Source: Candidatus Poriferihabitaceae bacterium
Lineage (GTDB): Bacteria > Pseudomonadota > Gammaproteobacteria > Arenicellales > Poriferihabitantaceae
NCBI GenBank assembly: GCA_965223465.1
Contig: OZ245025.1
Coordinates: 641,685 to 705,684, forward strand
Length of the DNA: 64,000 nucleotides
Direction of reading: 5' to 3'
A program made the translations under genes and the position numbers. The notes beneath the pieces are model-generated. The model saw only the letters and a list, made by a program, of their open reading frames with translations. It did no database searches and had not been told where the DNA came from. Below, piece by piece: positions 48,454-60,130 of this stretch (within the stretch, counting starts at the first letter, position 1; each line of letters starts with the position of its first letter).

Positions 48454-50325
48454 CTATAGGTTCACGCTTTTCATCGCACCAATTTGGCTGACATACCAAA
48501 ATGGATTGCTTCGTAGGGTTGTCTCACCACGATTTAGCGCAGATAGCGCCAGTTGGTATAAACCCTCATCTTGGAGCTTGCCAGCATTGTACAGCTCAAT
48601 AGTCGTTTGTATGATACTGGCGGAAGGGGAGCGGCTCGCGTCTTCAGCCAATATCTCCTCACCGTCAGCAGGGGGGAGCAAGGAAGAATCAGCGTATGAC
48701 CAGGCATTGTTTTGATAAAATCGCCGCCAACCCTGGGTTAGAACGGCATCGGCGAGTTGATAGTCGGCGTCCTCACCGCTTAGCTCAGCAAAGCGCAGCA
48801 GGCCTTCCGCCACATAGGCATAGTCTTCAATGGCGGCGCTACCAATTAGTTGGCCCTGCGCCTGACTGCGTGTAAGTTGCGCATTACGCCATAGGGTTTG
48901 CATGATAAAGGTTTTTAACGCTTCCGCTTGTTGTCGGTAGCGCGGCTCATCAAGCCTTTTTGCGGCGACTGCAAATGCGGAAAGTGCCAAGGCATTCCAG
49001 CTGGCCAGCAGTTTGTCGTCTGTTGGAAGCACGCGTTGTGCACGCTTTTTGATTAACTTGGTTTTGGCCGATTGCAGTAGCCTATTCGCCTCTGAAACGC
49101 TTAACGCTAAGTGATCGGCAATTTCAGTCAGCGGTTTGGCTGCGCGTAAATGATTACCGCCCTCTAATTCGTTGGGGCGGTCGGTTTGCCAAGCCACACT
49201 AAAGGCTTGATATTCCGCTTTACTCAGCGTATTTTTTAGCTGTTCAGCCTCCCATAAATAGTAACCTCCCTCAACATCTTGATCGTCAACCGCCGAAAAA
49301 GAAGCATATAACGCACCGCTTGAATGGCGCATTTCGCGCATCATGAAATCCAGTGTATCGCGCGCGATACCGGTGTATCCGGGGTTATTTAACACCTCGC
49401 CGGCTTTAAGATATAAAAGCGCCAAATTCGCATTGTCGTACAGCATTTTTTCAAAATGCGGGATTTCCCACGCCGGGTCGACTACATAGCGATAAAACCC
49501 ACCCGCGAGATGGTCGCGCATGCCATTGTCGGCCATCGCTCGCAGGCTAAGATGGAGAAACTCGACAAGCTCAGGGTTGCGATTATCTGCCAGGCTATTG
49601 AGTAAAAAGGTCAGCTGGGGTACCGACGGAAACTTGTTGATTTGTCCAAAGCCGCCTTCGATGGTGTCTGCATGCGCCATGATTTTCGCAATAGCAATAT
49701 TATGCAGCTCATGGACCATTTCGGGTTGGAGATGGGGTTTTGTGTCCGGGAAGCTGATCGGCTCTTTTTCATCCAATGCCAGTGCCCGTATACGCGTACT
49801 TTGTTGCTGCCATAATTCGGATATCTTCTCAAGCAAGCTGAGAAATTGGGGCTGTGGTTGGTAGAGCACGGCATACACTGGCAGACCGTCCGGTGACATA
49901 AACACGTTCAACGGCCAACCACCACGCTTGATGGTCGCTTGGGCATAAGTCATTAGGCGTTTATCCAGCGCTGGTTCTAGTTCACGGTCAATTTTTACGG
50001 AAATAAAATGTTTATTCAGTATTTGTGCGACCGCGTCATTTTGGTAGCTTTCCCGCTGCATTACGTGGCACCAGTGGCAGGAAAAATAACCGCTGGAGAG
50101 CAAGATCAGTTTGTTTTCGCGTTTGGCTCGTGCGATGACTGCTGGTTGCCAGTCTTGCCAGGCGACCGGGTCGCTACCGTGCAGGGCGAGATACGGAGAA
50201 GGGTGGTTTTCAAGCTGATTATTCAGGCCTTTGTCTGTATCCGCATGGGCGGGTTGTACTATGAGATTGAGCGCGAGTGCACATAGCCATAAACGAATAT
50301 CGCGATGGTGTGTTTTGATCAGCAT
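48454..50325 (-). CDS. thioredoxin-domain (DUF255/YyaL-like) protein with an (alpha/alpha)6 barrel
   Basis: SPYLALHGSDPVAWQDW...SSGYFSCHWCHVMQRESY is the DUF255 signature. A signal peptide is present. Confidence 0.85.
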   Translation of the reverse strand: MLIKTHHRDIRLWLCALALNLIVQPAHADTDKGLNNQLENHPSPYLALHGSDPVAWQDWQPAVIARAKRENKLILLSSGYFSCHWCHVMQRESYQNDAVAQILNKHFISVKIDRELEPALDKRLMTYAQATIKRGGWPLNVFMSPDGLPVYAVLYQPQPQFLSLLEKISELWQQQSTRIRALALDEKEPISFPDTKPHLQPEMVHELHNIAIAKIMAHADTIEGGFGQINKFPSVPQLTFLLNSLADNRNPELVEFLHLSLRAMADNGMRDHLAGGFYRYVVDPAWEIPHFEKMLYDNANLALLYLKAGEVLNNPGYTGIARDTLDFMMREMRHSSGALYASFSAVDDQDVEGGYYLWEAEQLKNTLSKAEYQAFSVAWQTDRPNELEGGNHLRAAKPLTEIADHLALSVSEANRLLQSAKTKLIKKRAQRVLPTDDKLLASWNALALSAFAVAAKRLDEPRYRQQAEALKTFIMQTLWRNAQLTRSQAQGQLIGSAAIEDYAYVAEGLLRFAELSGEDADYQLADAVLTQGWRRFYQNNAWSYADSSLLPPADGEEILAEDASRSPSASIIQTTIELYNAGKLQDEGLYQLALSALNRGETTLRSNPFWYVSQIGAMKSVNL

Positions 50326-50372
50326 GGCGTTGAGACTACCATGGCAGGCGTAAGTTCATCGCAAAGTGTTAC

Positions 50373-51194
50373 TTACGAGTGTTCCTCTGGCGGTTTATCC
50401 AGTGCCTCTAACTCTTTTTCTGCGGCTTCAAATTCAGCGTCTATGTCGAGCTCGTCCTCTTCTTCCTCATCTTCCACATCGTCAGGTGCTTTGATGAAGG
50501 TTTTTGAGGCAAACAGGCCCGCTTCAAATAATATCCATACCGGTATGGCCAATAAGGTTTGCGAAAAAATATCCGGCGGTGTGAGCAGCATTCCAATGAC
50601 AAAAGCGGAAATAATCACATAAGGCCTTTTCTCAGCGAGTGATTCGGGGGTTGTTACACCCATTTTTACCAATAAGATAGTCGCAATGGGTACTTCAAAG
50701 GCTATTCCAAAGGCGAAGAACAGTTTGAGCACAAATCCTAAATAGGAATTGATATCCGTCATCACCGCCACACCCTCAGGCGCACTGGCCGTAAAAAATT
50801 TAAAAATCAGCGGGAAAACCACAAAATAGGAAAACGCAATACCCAGATAAAACAAGATGCTGCTGGATACCATCAGCGGAAACACCATGCGTTTTTCATG
50901 TTTATACAGCCCGGGCGCGACGAATGCCCACATCTGGTAAAGCAAGTAGGGAATGGCTACCGCAAACGCCACCGCAAAGGCGAACTTAAAAGGGACAAAG
51001 AAGGGCGCGTGCGGTTCGGTGGCGATCATACTGGTGCCCTGTGGGAGCTGTTCCATCAGGGGTTTTGCTAGAAATTCGTACAGTTCGTTTGCGACAATGG
51101 CAAACGGTATAAACAAGATGATCAGGGCGATAATTGATCGCATTAAGCGATCACGCAGTTCAAGCAGATGGGAAATAAGCGAGCCTTCTTCCAT
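50373..51194 (-). CDS. tatC: twin-arginine translocase subunit TatC
   Basis: SLISHLLELRDRL... and six TM helices are present, plus an acidic C-terminal tail. Confidence 0.95.
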   Translation of the reverse strand: MEEGSLISHLLELRDRLMRSIIALIILFIPFAIVANELYEFLAKPLMEQLPQGTSMIATEPHAPFFVPFKFAFAVAFAVAIPYLLYQMWAFVAPGLYKHEKRMVFPLMVSSSILFYLGIAFSYFVVFPLIFKFFTASAPEGVAVMTDINSYLGFVLKLFFAFGIAFEVPIATILLVKMGVTTPESLAEKRPYVIISAFVIGMLLTPPDIFSQTLLAIPVWILFEAGLFASKTFIKAPDDVEDEEEEDELDIDAEFEAAEKELEALDKPPEEHS

Positions 51195-51199
51195 TGGAT

Positions 51200-51712
51200 T
51201 TATGCTTTTTTAGATTTTTTGGATGAAGCCTTTGTCGCGGCTTTATTCGCTCGCTTTTTGCTTGACGTTTTATCCGATATTTTTTTATCTTTTTTCTTGC
51301 TTCTGGGTTTGGTGTTTTTGGCCGATTTTTTCGTTGATTGACTTTTGGGCTTGTTTTCAGGCTTACTTTTAGCCTTCTTTTGGGCTGTTTCAGTAGAATT
51401 ATTCAAAGCATCTGCGATCGCGTTATCCATTTCAGAAGTGTGCGATTTGACGTTCTGATCAGCTGCCTCAACCTGTGATTTAAACGCCACGCCTGCTTCG
51501 CGAATATCCTTGCCGACATTCTTAAGTTCAGTGATTTCTGATGCATCTAATTCACTTTTGATATCAGCTTTCACTTCTCGTAGCATGCTACGCGCTTTAC
51601 CTATCCATAAGCCAGCGGTGCGTGCCACTTTGGGTAGACGTTCTGGGCCAAGGATAATCAGCGCCATGACGCCAATAATCGCGACTTCCCAAAAGCCTAC
51701 ATCACCTATCAT
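51200..51712 (-). CDS. tatB: twin-arginine translocase subunit TatB (with a long Lys/Ser-rich tail)
   Basis: GFWEVAIIGVMALIILGPERLPKVART is the TatB N-terminus. The C-terminal 70 aa or so are KK/SK-rich. Confidence 0.9.
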   Translation of the reverse strand: MIGDVGFWEVAIIGVMALIILGPERLPKVARTAGLWIGKARSMLREVKADIKSELDASEITELKNVGKDIREAGVAFKSQVEAADQNVKSHTSEMDNAIADALNNSTETAQKKAKSKPENKPKSQSTKKSAKNTKPRSKKKDKKISDKTSSKKRANKAATKASSKKSKKA

Positions 51713-51741
51713 TACTTAAAACTACTAACCCAACTAAAAGC

Positions 51742-51945
51742 CTAGCTTTCTTTGGTTTTCTCTTCTTCAGCGCCGTCTTCGACTTCTTTGGCTTTGTCTT
51801 CTTCTTCCGACATGGCGGATTTAAAATTCTTTACCGCACCACCAATATCCCCGCCCATATTTTTCAGCTTTTTGGTCCCAAAAATCAGCACCACAATCAA
51901 CAAAACAATTAAAAGCTGCCAAACGCTTATGCCACCTAAACCCAT
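51742..51945 (-). CDS. tatA: twin-arginine translocase subunit TatA
   Basis: [35 protein letters not shown] is present. Confidence 0.92.
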   Translation of the reverse strand: MGLGGISVWQLLIVLLIVVLIFGTKKLKNMGGDIGGAVKNFKSAMSEEEDKAKEVEDGAEEEKTKES

Positions 51946-52033
51946 GATTTAACCTCTGTACTATGTTAATTACCCACACCGTGATGCAATTTACCGCAAA
52001 TTTGGTTTAATTGCTGGTGTTCTTACGCCTACT

Positions 52034-52354
52034 TTATTGGGTACGAGATGCCTTTTCTTCAATACCCGAAACGCCAAAACGATTTTCAAGCTCGTCCAGC
52101 ACATCGCCCACGCTGGCTTTTTTATACGCCAGCAGAACCATGGTATGAAACCATAAATCTGCTACTTCGGACACTAACGCCTTCTGGTCGTTTGTTTCAG
52201 CGGCTAAAACGGCCTCTAATGATTCTTCATTCACTTTCTTTTGAATTTTCTCCAAACCTTGGTCAAATAAAGCGGCTACATACGACTCATTTGGGTCTTG
52301 TGCGCTGCGTTTTACGATCACTTTATCAATTCGCTGGAGGATATCTTTACTCAT
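52034..52354 (-). CDS. hisE: phosphoribosyl-ATP pyrophosphatase
   Basis: SYVAALF..G..KI.KKV.EE..E...A......LV.E.ADLWFH..VLL is the HisE pattern. Confidence 0.93.
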   Translation of the reverse strand: MSKDILQRIDKVIVKRSAQDPNESYVAALFDQGLEKIQKKVNEESLEAVLAAETNDQKALVSEVADLWFHTMVLLAYKKASVGDVLDELENRFGVSGIEEKASRTQ

Positions 52355-52379
52355 CAGACTATTTTACTCGCCATAAGGC

Positions 52380-52775
52380 CTACTGGTAGATATCTTTTGG
52401 ATCTTTTTTGACTGGCTCAACGTCTATCCAGTGACCGTCTTCAAAGCGTTTGTAGAAACAGTGCGCGCGGCCTGTATGACAGGCAATCCCGCCAATTTGT
52501 TCAACTTGCATCAGGATAACATCATCATCGCAATCTAAACGAATCTCTTTCAGGGTTTGTACGTGCCCAGATTCTTCCCCCTTGCGCCACAGTTTTTGGC
52601 GTGAGCGCGAGTAGTAAATGGCGCGGCCTTCAGCAACCGTCGCGGCCAGCGCTTCTCGGTTCATCCATGCCATCATTAAGATTTGCCCGGTTTTATAGTC
52701 CTGCGCTATAGCAGGAACCAGCCCATCTTTGGTCCACTTGATTTGTTCCAGCCACTGCTTGTTTGGTTCTGTCAT
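52380..52775 (-). CDS. hisI: phosphoribosyl-AMP cyclohydrolase
   Basis: [26 protein letters not shown]...[18 protein letters not shown]...DCDDD...CHTG is present. Confidence 0.95.
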   Translation of the reverse strand: MTEPNKQWLEQIKWTKDGLVPAIAQDYKTGQILMMAWMNREALAATVAEGRAIYYSRSRQKLWRKGEESGHVQTLKEIRLDCDDDVILMQVEQIGGIACHTGRAHCFYKRFEDGHWIDVEPVKKDPKDIYQ

Positions 52776-53545
52776 ATCCGCATCTCGATTCCGGCCGCCG
52801 CCATATGTGCCTTGGCCTGTTGCACGCTGTAATCGCCAAAATGAAAAATACTCGCAGCGAGTACCGCATCAGCACCACCTTTTAGCACGCCATCAACTAG
52901 ATGATCCAAATTGCCAACACCACCTGAAGCGATTACGGGAATGCTGACTGCATCACATATGGCGCGTGTAAGAGGCAGGTTAAAACCGTCACGTGTGCCG
53001 TCGCGATCCATGCTGGTGAGTAGGATTTCGCCTGCGCCGTTATCCTGCATTTTTTTCGCCCAATCAACAGCATCCAAACCAGTTGGCTTACGCCCACCAT
53101 GGGTGAAAATTTCCCAGCGCGGCGCCTCATTATCTGTGCTGACGGTTTTTGCGTCGATAGAAACCACGATACACTGGTTACCAAAATGTTTGCTGGCTTC
53201 GCTAATAAAATCCGGGTTGAATACCGCGGTGGTATTGATGCCGACTTTATCCGCTCCGGCATGCAGCATGCGATGAATGTCTTCCAGCTTGCGAATGCCG
53301 CCCCCGACGGTGAGCGGAATAAATACTTGATCAGCGACATGCTCAACCACATGCACGATGGTATCTCGATCATCCGAACTGGCGGTAATATCCAGAAAAG
53401 TAATTTCATCCGCGCCTTGGTCGTCGTAGCGTTTAGCTACTTCTACCGGATCTCCTGCATCGCGAATATCGACAAATTGCACACCTTTAACCACGCGACC
53501 TGCATCGACATCCAGGCAGGGGATAATGCGTTTTGCCAACCCCAT
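52772..53545 (-). CDS. hisF: imidazole glycerol phosphate synthase cyclase subunit
   Basis: [13 protein letters not shown]... I prefer the internal ATG at 53545, which overlaps the hisA stop (TGATG), over the track start at 53563. Confidence 0.96.
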   Translation of the reverse strand: MGLAKRIIPCLDVDAGRVVKGVQFVDIRDAGDPVEVAKRYDDQGADEITFLDITASSDDRDTIVHVVEHVADQVFIPLTVGGGIRKLEDIHRMLHAGADKVGINTTAVFNPDFISEASKHFGNQCIVVSIDAKTVSTDNEAPRWEIFTHGGRKPTGLDAVDWAKKMQDNGAGEILLTSMDRDGTRDGFNLPLTRAICDAVSIPVIASGGVGNLDHLVDGVLKGGADAVLAASIFHFGDYSVQQAKAHMAAAGIEMRI

Positions 53546-54294
53546 CAGTTTTGCTCCTCGCACAAGCGATCCAGCAATGCTTGACCCTTGGCGAAATCCA
53601 GCGAGCCTTCATAGATGGCGCGCCCGGTAATCGCGCCAGACAAATTACATCCGGTGGTGCGCGCTAACTGTTCTAGATCACTTAGTTGGTGCACACCACC
53701 TGCTGCGATAATTGGAGTATTGATAGATTCTGCTAGGATATGGGTATTCTCCGCATTGGCGCCTTGCATCATGCCATCGCGGTTGATGTCGGTATAAATA
53801 ATTGCACTGATACCGTCTCGCTCAAATTGTTTCGCCAAATCGACCAGGCCCAGATCGGTGACATTCAGCCAGCCTTCGGTAGCGACCTGATTACCTTTGG
53901 CATCCAGCCCAACGATTACGTGTTGCCCACCGAACCGTTGGCATAAGCGTGTGATAAACGCCGGCTCATCCACCGCCTTGGTGCCGATAATGACGTAGGA
54001 AACACCCGCTTTAAGATAAGTCTCAACCGTCGCCTCATTGCGGATGCCGCCGCCTATTTGCACCGGTAATTCAGGGTAACGCTGGCAGATTTGCTTGACG
54101 ATATCAGCATTGACAGGTTCGCCCGCTTTGGCGCCATCCAGATCAACAATATGCAGGCGTCGCGCACCGGCCTCCACCCATTTGCTTGCCACGGCGACTG
54201 GATCGGTGTCAAATACGGTTTTATCATCATAATTGCCCTGGCGCAGACGCACGCACTGGCCATCAATTAAGTCAATTGCAGGGATCAGTAACAT
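53545..54294 (-). CDS. hisA: ProFAR isomerase
   Basis: [22 protein letters not shown]... is present. Confidence 0.96.
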   Translation of the reverse strand: MLLIPAIDLIDGQCVRLRQGNYDDKTVFDTDPVAVASKWVEAGARRLHIVDLDGAKAGEPVNADIVKQICQRYPELPVQIGGGIRNEATVETYLKAGVSYVIIGTKAVDEPAFITRLCQRFGGQHVIVGLDAKGNQVATEGWLNVTDLGLVDLAKQFERDGISAIIYTDINRDGMMQGANAENTHILAESINTPIIAAGGVHQLSDLEQLARTTGCNLSGAITGRAIYEGSLDFAKGQALLDRLCEEQN

Positions 54295-54296
54295 TT

Positions 54297-54935
54297 TTAG
54301 TTTGCTGGATTCCAGTGAACAAAGTTTTCGATCAGGCGTAGCCCATCATGCTGGCTTTTTTCCGGGTGAAATTGCACTGCAAATAAGTTATCTTTTGCAG
54401 CTGCTGCGGTAAACGAAAGGCCGTAATCGCAGCGCCCAGCAAGATGGTTGGGATTCTCACAATGGGCAAAATAGCTGTGCACGAAGTAAAAACGCGCACC
54501 CTCTTTGATTCCCGCCCAAAGCGGATGGGTTTGCGTTTGGGCCACATTGTTCCAACCCATGTGGGGGATACTCAGATGCGCTTGGTCGGTAGGAAGGTGT
54601 GCGTCAAAGTGATCGACCTTGCCCGGCAGTATGTTAAGGCAATGCGCTTCTTCATACTCGCTACTGGATTCAAACAGTGCTTGCAGTCCCAAACAGATTC
54701 CCAATACGGGTTTCTCGCGTAGTACCTGATCGATCACTTCGCGGATGTGTTCCTGTTCGAGTTGTTTCATCCAGGTGCCGATGGCGCCCTGGCCGGGCAG
54801 AACGATGCGCTCTGCCTGTGCAATCACTTCCGGCAGATGACTAATCACAACTTTGCGCTTGGGGGCGACATGTTCGACCGCTTTTGCAACTGAGCGCAGG
54901 TTTCCTGTGCCCAGATCAACCACCACGATACTCAT
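54297..54935 (-). CDS. hisH: imidazole glycerol phosphate synthase glutaminase subunit
   Basis: [12 protein letters not shown]...GICLGLQ...HSY triad context is present. Confidence 0.96.
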   Translation of the reverse strand: MSIVVVDLGTGNLRSVAKAVEHVAPKRKVVISHLPEVIAQAERIVLPGQGAIGTWMKQLEQEHIREVIDQVLREKPVLGICLGLQALFESSSEYEEAHCLNILPGKVDHFDAHLPTDQAHLSIPHMGWNNVAQTQTHPLWAGIKEGARFYFVHSYFAHCENPNHLAGRCDYGLSFTAAAAKDNLFAVQFHPEKSQHDGLRLIENFVHWNPAN

Positions 54936-55529
54936 TTATAGCGAACCTTTAGTCGACGGAATGGTATGGCTATTGCGTGGGTCGAAAGAGACCGCCATGC
55001 GTAAGGCGCGTCCGAAGGCCTTAAAAATGGTCTCAACGATATGGTGCGAATTTTCCCCGCGAATATTGTCAATGTGCAGGGTGACCAAGGCATGATTACA
55101 AAAGCCCTGGAAAAACTCATGCACCAATTCAGTCTCAAAACTACCGATATTTTTACCCGGGTATTTCACCTTTTCCACCAACTGTGGGCGACCGGATAAA
55201 TCAATCACGACCCGGCTTAAGGCCTCGTCCAGGGGCACATAAGCATGCCCATAGCGCACGATTCCTTGTTTATCACCGACTGCCTGGGCGACCGCCTGGC
55301 CGAGCGTGATACCAATGTCTTCAACCGTATGATGCGCATCGATCTCAAGATCGCCTTTGGCATTGACGGTCAGATCTACCAGACCATGGCGCGCGATTTG
55401 ATCCAGCATGTGATCTAGAAAAGGCACGCCGGTGGTAAATTCTGCCCTGCCGGTTCCATCAAGGTTGAGCTCGATTTCGATCTGGGTTTCGTTGGTGTTG
55501 CGAGCGACGCTCGCTGTTCGGTTAGACAC
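54936..55529 (-). CDS. hisB: imidazoleglycerol-phosphate dehydratase
   Basis: [16 protein letters not shown]...GVPFLDHML...HH.VE is present. Confidence 0.96.
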   Translation of the reverse strand: MSNRTASVARNTNETQIEIELNLDGTGRAEFTTGVPFLDHMLDQIARHGLVDLTVNAKGDLEIDAHHTVEDIGITLGQAVAQAVGDKQGIVRYGHAYVPLDEALSRVVIDLSGRPQLVEKVKYPGKNIGSFETELVHEFFQGFCNHALVTLHIDNIRGENSHHIVETIFKAFGRALRMAVSFDPRNSHTIPSTKGSL

Positions 55530-55796
55530 AGTAATTGCCAGGTAGTGTTTAATCGCGGTATTGTAACGGATGTAAGTGCTGATTTAATAGCTTTTGCTTA
55601 CGCTTTTAATATTATTGTTTGACTTTATAATAACAATATAACTATTTGTATTATTGGGGTAAAAATATCTTATACGCGAGAAGGAAATCCCTATGCCAAT
55701 AGTGTGCGTAGCATTGAGGCTGGGGTTAACTGGGTAAACTTAATTTCAGCGCAGCAGCTTCGCGCGTTCTGGCAGGAGAATCTGGCCAGCTAATTA

Positions 55797-56162
55797 TTAC
55801 ACCCAAACATCATTTTCGGCGGTCAGCGCACTCCTGGCTTCACCGGTGTTTACTACGCCTTTGGGTTCTATAAGCATAGTTTTACACTCATTTTGAGCAA
55901 CGGGTTTGTGCGCCACGCCTTTTGGAACGACGAACATTTCGCCAGATTCGAGGGTGACTTTCCCATCTCTAAACTCTATATCCAGCGTACCTTCTATAAC
56001 CATGAATACCTCATCCGTATCTGCATGATCATGCCACATGAATTCGCCTTGTACTTTTGCAAGTTTAAACTGGTAGTCGTTCATCTCGGCGATGACTTTG
56101 GGAGACCAATGATCATCAAATTTCGACAATTTGTCGTTAAAATTAATAGGTGCAAATTTCAT
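55797..56162 (-). CDS. cupin domain protein
   Basis: WHDHADTDEVFMVIEG...MFVVPKGVAHKP cupin motifs are present. Confidence 0.8.
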   Translation of the reverse strand: MKFAPINFNDKLSKFDDHWSPKVIAEMNDYQFKLAKVQGEFMWHDHADTDEVFMVIEGTLDIEFRDGKVTLESGEMFVVPKGVAHKPVAQNECKTMLIEPKGVVNTGEARSALTAENDVWV

Positions 56163-56192
56163 GTACTTTTCTAGTTAGTTAAGTGAAGTGTA

Positions 56193-57155
56193 TTAATCCT
56201 CAGGTCTTGCGTAAACAGCCACACGCGGTTTTGATTGCATAATTGAGACAGCACCAATAACCAAGACCAGGCCAAATACTTGGGGCCAGCCGAAGTATTC
56301 ACCCAGCAAAAGCACCGCAAATAATGAGGTCGTTATCGGGCCAATTGTGCCGGTTATCGCAGTTTTGGCGGGGCCAAGGTGGGAAATCGCCGCCGCCATT
56401 AAAAAGGTAGGAAAGACCGTGGCTAGAATTGCCATCGCCACCACCAGCCAAAAAGCAGGCATTGGGATGATTAGTTGATGCCAATCCTGGGTTAACGCAA
56501 AGTGGAGCAGGGCGACAATACTGCTGGTGATCATCGCGATGACGGTGAACTCTTTGGCGCCTATTTCATCAATAATAGGTTTGCTGAGCACGATATATAA
56601 CGAAAACGCGATCGCTGAAAGTAACACCCAAACCGAGCCCACCAGTGCGCCATGACCAAGCTGTTGCCAGTCACTCACCATAATGACCGCAATGCCGATG
56701 TACGAAAGCAACAAGGCAACACCGATTCGCTTCGTTAAGCGAGTTTTTAGCAGTAGCCACGATAAAATCGCCACCCAGGTCGGATAACTAAATAAAATCA
56801 AGCGCTCCAGTTGCGCAGTAATGGTTTGCAAGCCCTGAAGATCCAGCAACGATGCCAGATAATAGCCAAGCATACCGACCAGAGTTGCTTTGAAAAACCA
56901 ATTGAGGTGTTTACTATTTTTGCTGGAACGCTGTGGCTTTCTAAGCCAGATGATGATACCAATCACAATATAGATGGGCAATGAAATCAGCATTCGCCAC
57001 GTGAGCAGGGTAATCGCGCTTAAATCGTACACATAGATCAACTTAACAAGTATTGGTTTGAACGAAAACAATAGCGCCGCACTGATGGCGTAAATCAAGC
57101 CCAGATTGGGTTTTAGTGCAGCTAGAAATCGACTGGCTGCAGCGGGTGAAGTCAA
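56193..57155 (-). CDS. DMT-superfamily (EamA-like) transporter
   Basis: About 10 TM helices in a duplicated EamA architecture. The start overlaps the upstream gene's stop by 4 nt. Confidence 0.85.
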   Translation of the reverse strand: MTSPAAASRFLAALKPNLGLIYAISAALLFSFKPILVKLIYVYDLSAITLLTWRMLISLPIYIVIGIIIWLRKPQRSSKNSKHLNWFFKATLVGMLGYYLASLLDLQGLQTITAQLERLILFSYPTWVAILSWLLLKTRLTKRIGVALLLSYIGIAVIMVSDWQQLGHGALVGSVWVLLSAIAFSLYIVLSKPIIDEIGAKEFTVIAMITSSIVALLHFALTQDWHQLIIPMPAFWLVVAMAILATVFPTFLMAAAISHLGPAKTAITGTIGPITTSLFAVLLLGEYFGWPQVFGLVLVIGAVSIMQSKPRVAVYARPED

Positions 57156-57652
57156 AGTTCCTTAGGCCGCTGTAATACTATGAGCTCTGGGTTGAGTAAA
57201 TCATCAAATTCAATCACAGCGATGTTGGCTGTCGTCATCAGTTTCCCGCTTGCAGTGAGCGGTGCTTCTGGGCAATAATGCATGAGGACACCATCCATTC
57301 CGGGGTTGTGGGCAATCAGCATGATGGATTCATGTGTATTTAAATGCGATTTCACCAGGTCAACCAGGGTATGGGTTGAAGCCAGATACATACTATCTAA
57401 GTCGATTTGCTCTATTGCGTCTAAATCCACATCGGCAGATTGCATCGCCAGTAAAAATAGTTGCTTAGTTTGCTGCGTGCGCCGTGCGGTCGAGCATAAA
57501 ATCAGCTCGGGTAGTTCGTGTTCTACCGCCATCCACTTGCCCATTTTTCCAGAATCTTGTACACCACGTTTACTAAGGGGGCGCTCAAAATCGGTTAGGC
57601 CGTATTGACTCCAATCTGATTTGGCATGCCGCATTAGGATAAGTCGTTTCAT
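57152..57652 (-). CDS. sixA: histidine phosphatase family protein (SixA-like)
   Basis: LILMRHAKS (RHG-type motif) ...RPLSKRG...LIAHNP is present. Confidence 0.8.
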   Translation of the reverse strand: MKRLILMRHAKSDWSQYGLTDFERPLSKRGVQDSGKMGKWMAVEHELPELILCSTARRTQQTKQLFLLAMQSADVDLDAIEQIDLDSMYLASTHTLVDLVKSHLNTHESIMLIAHNPGMDGVLMHYCPEAPLTASGKLMTTANIAVIEFDDLLNPELIVLQRPKEL

Positions 57653-57694
57653 GGGGTGTCGACCTGTTTAATGTAGATACCTGATATTTAAGCA

Positions 57695-57724
57695 CAAAAA
57701 AAGCCCGCACTTGCGGGCTTTTTG
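57695..57724 (-). terminator. rho-independent terminator after the Hsp20 gene (symmetric A/T runs)
   Basis: AAAAAAAGCCCGCActTGCGGGCTTTTT. Confidence 0.75.
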
Positions 57725-57741
57725 ATTGGAGTGTGAAGGTT

Positions 57742-58179
57742 TTAATGCACTTTTACATCGATCATTTTTGGTTTAGCCGCTTCCAGTTTTGGAATCATCA
57801 GCTCGAGCACGCCATTTTTGTAAGCTGCGTCTACTTTATCCACGTCCACTTCTTCAGGAAGCGTGAAACTGCGGCTGAAATCACCGTATCGAGTTTCTAC
57901 CCGCGTCCACTGCTCGCCTTCTTTCGCTTCAACAAAGGTCTTCTCGCCTTTGATGGTGAGGACGTTATCTTCAATAGATACACCCACCGCATCTTTCTCA
58001 ACACCGGGTAGTTCAGCGCGTACCATAAATTTATCTTCAGCTTCGTAAATATCAACCAATGGCGACCAACTAGCAGTTTTATTATCGCTGTGGTCTTTGT
58101 CCGCATAGCGGGCGTAACGGCTGAATATCTGGTTAAAATTGTTAAATGGATCCCAAGTAACTACGTTCATAATTAGCAC
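57742..58179 (-). CDS. Hsp20/alpha-crystallin small heat-shock protein
   Basis: WSPLVDIYEAEDKFMVRAELPGVEKDAV...FSRSFTLPEEVDVDKVDAAYKNGVLEL is present. Confidence 0.92.
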   Translation of the reverse strand: MLIMNVVTWDPFNNFNQIFSRYARYADKDHSDNKTASWSPLVDIYEAEDKFMVRAELPGVEKDAVGVSIEDNVLTIKGEKTFVEAKEGEQWTRVETRYGDFSRSFTLPEEVDVDKVDAAYKNGVLELMIPKLEAAKPKMIDVKVH

Positions 58180-58234
58180 CTCAAATATAGCTTCATTTCA
58201 TTTTCGGCGCACCATGCGCCTTCTCTGCTAGCCT

Positions 58235-58263
58235 ATATAGGGTTTGCTAATTAAAATTCAAAT
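58235..58263 (-). promoter_or_regulatory. possible sigma32 promoter for the Hsp20 gene
   Basis: The minus strand reads TTTGAAT-13 nt-CCCTATAT (consensus CTTGAA-N13-17-CCCCATnT), 56 nt upstream of the ATG. Confidence 0.35.
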
Positions 58264-58416
58264 AGCGGGTTTCAAAAAAGTAAATTATAGATGTATTCAT
58301 TCATACCTAAGTATTAATTAGATTAAATAATAGTACTATCTATATGAATATAAGTAGTATTATTTTTATAAAGGGATCAACACAATATGTTATACCGGTG
58401 GTTTTATACCCCTGGG

Positions 58417-58863
58417 CTAAGCGGTGTTTTGTTTGGTATACAACTCGTCGGCGCGTTTGCAGAACGAATCGATCATGGAATCCGCAATCATCTTGAAAAC
58501 CGGCCCAATGACCGCGCCAACCACCTTGTTGGAAAAATTGAAAGCCAGATCCAGGCTGATTTTACAGGCATTGTCATCCAGCGACTTAAAAGTCCATTTA
58601 CCTTGGAGTTCGCTGAACGGACCATCAACCATATCCAGCTTGATTTCCTGGTGAGGTGTAAGCGTGTTAAGCGTCGTAAACGATTTATGAATACCTTTAA
58701 ACGCAATTGTTACCGATGCGGTACGGCTTGACTCACTTTCTTCAAGTACTTTAGACCCACCGCACCAGGGTAAGAAATTTTCATAGTCATCAACATCATT
58801 GACCAAATCAAACATTTTTTGATCAGAAAAAGGTACGAGCGCCGAACGGCTGATGTTATACAT
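58417..58863 (-). CDS. ratA: RatA/YfjG-like SRPBCC (CoQ-binding/ribosome-association) protein
   Basis: ISRSALVPFSDQKMFDLVNDVDDYENFLPWC...VDGPFSELQGKWTF aligns closely with E. coli RatA. It is divergent from smpB, as in enterics. Confidence 0.85.
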   Translation of the reverse strand: MYNISRSALVPFSDQKMFDLVNDVDDYENFLPWCGGSKVLEESESSRTASVTIAFKGIHKSFTTLNTLTPHQEIKLDMVDGPFSELQGKWTFKSLDDNACKISLDLAFNFSNKVVGAVIGPVFKMIADSMIDSFCKRADELYTKQNTA

Positions 58864-58980
58864 ATTTACAGATATTCTTTGGTTACAGCTTGCTTAGATA
58901 GATAGGTGTGATACTTGATATTTCAATCTTTTGCGCCATTATAGACCAACCCGTAGCAGGGATGAAATATACTCCACATC

Positions 58981-59463
<483 letters not shown>

Positions 59464-59651
59464 GGCAATAGTGTGCCCCAGAATAGGGCTGGGTTTGGCA
59501 TCTATAGAGCCGCTAAATCGAAGGGTTTAGCAAACTAATGACCACGGTGTTTATGGTTCTCTAGGGTTATCGTGAGATTCGGTATTCCGGGGCAGCACTA
59601 TTCTCAAAACGACTTGATTTTTTGAAAAATGACGCCATAATGGTTTAAGAC

Positions 59652-60009
59652 GGGGGTGACTGGTTTTGACGCTGGTCGCGAAGCCATCGGAGCATGTCGA
59701 GGGACAGATCACCTCGTTAAACCAGCTGTAAACAGTTATAGTTGCAAACGACGATAACTACGCACTAGCGGCTTAATTGTCACGCTAGTCCTCCTTCCCG
59801 GCTCGTTCGTAGGCTAGGTTTTCGGAGGTCACTTATACGAAACCGCTCGCAAGGTTGTCTGTGCCGCGCGAGTTAAACTAAAGCAGGCTCGCCACTGCCG
59901 CGCTAGTCTATCGGTGTTGCAGCGGTTAACTTAAGGCATAGACTAAACATGTAGTCGCCGATGAGTGTAGGGCTGACGGACGTGGGTTCAATTCCCACCA
60001 CCTCCACCA
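59652..60009 (+). ncRNA. ssrA: transfer-messenger RNA (tmRNA)
   Basis: The 5' end is GGGGGTGACTGGTTTTGACG. The 3' T-arm and acceptor are GGGTTCAATTCCCACCACCTCCACCA. The tag ORF at 59744-59776 encodes ANDDNYALAA*. Confidence 0.95.
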
Positions 60010-60020
60010 AATAATCAAAC

Positions 60021-60047
60021 GAGCCACTTTCGGGGTGGCTTTTTTTG
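60021..60047 (+). terminator. rho-independent terminator after ssrA
   Basis: GAGCCACtttcggGGTGGCT followed by TTTTTTT. Confidence 0.7.
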
Positions 60048-60130
60048 GCTATGTTTAACGTTCAACCGACTTATTTTAACGACGCCAAATCCTGACAATA
60101 ACTGGCAAAACTGACTTTGCATACTCCGCG

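Noticed and set aside
60010-60130. A genomic island integrated at the tmRNA 3' end, which is a classic integration hotspot.
   Set aside because: ssrA is followed by its own terminator and then directly by a convergent core biosynthetic gene. There is no integrase and no duplicated ssrA 3' fragment.
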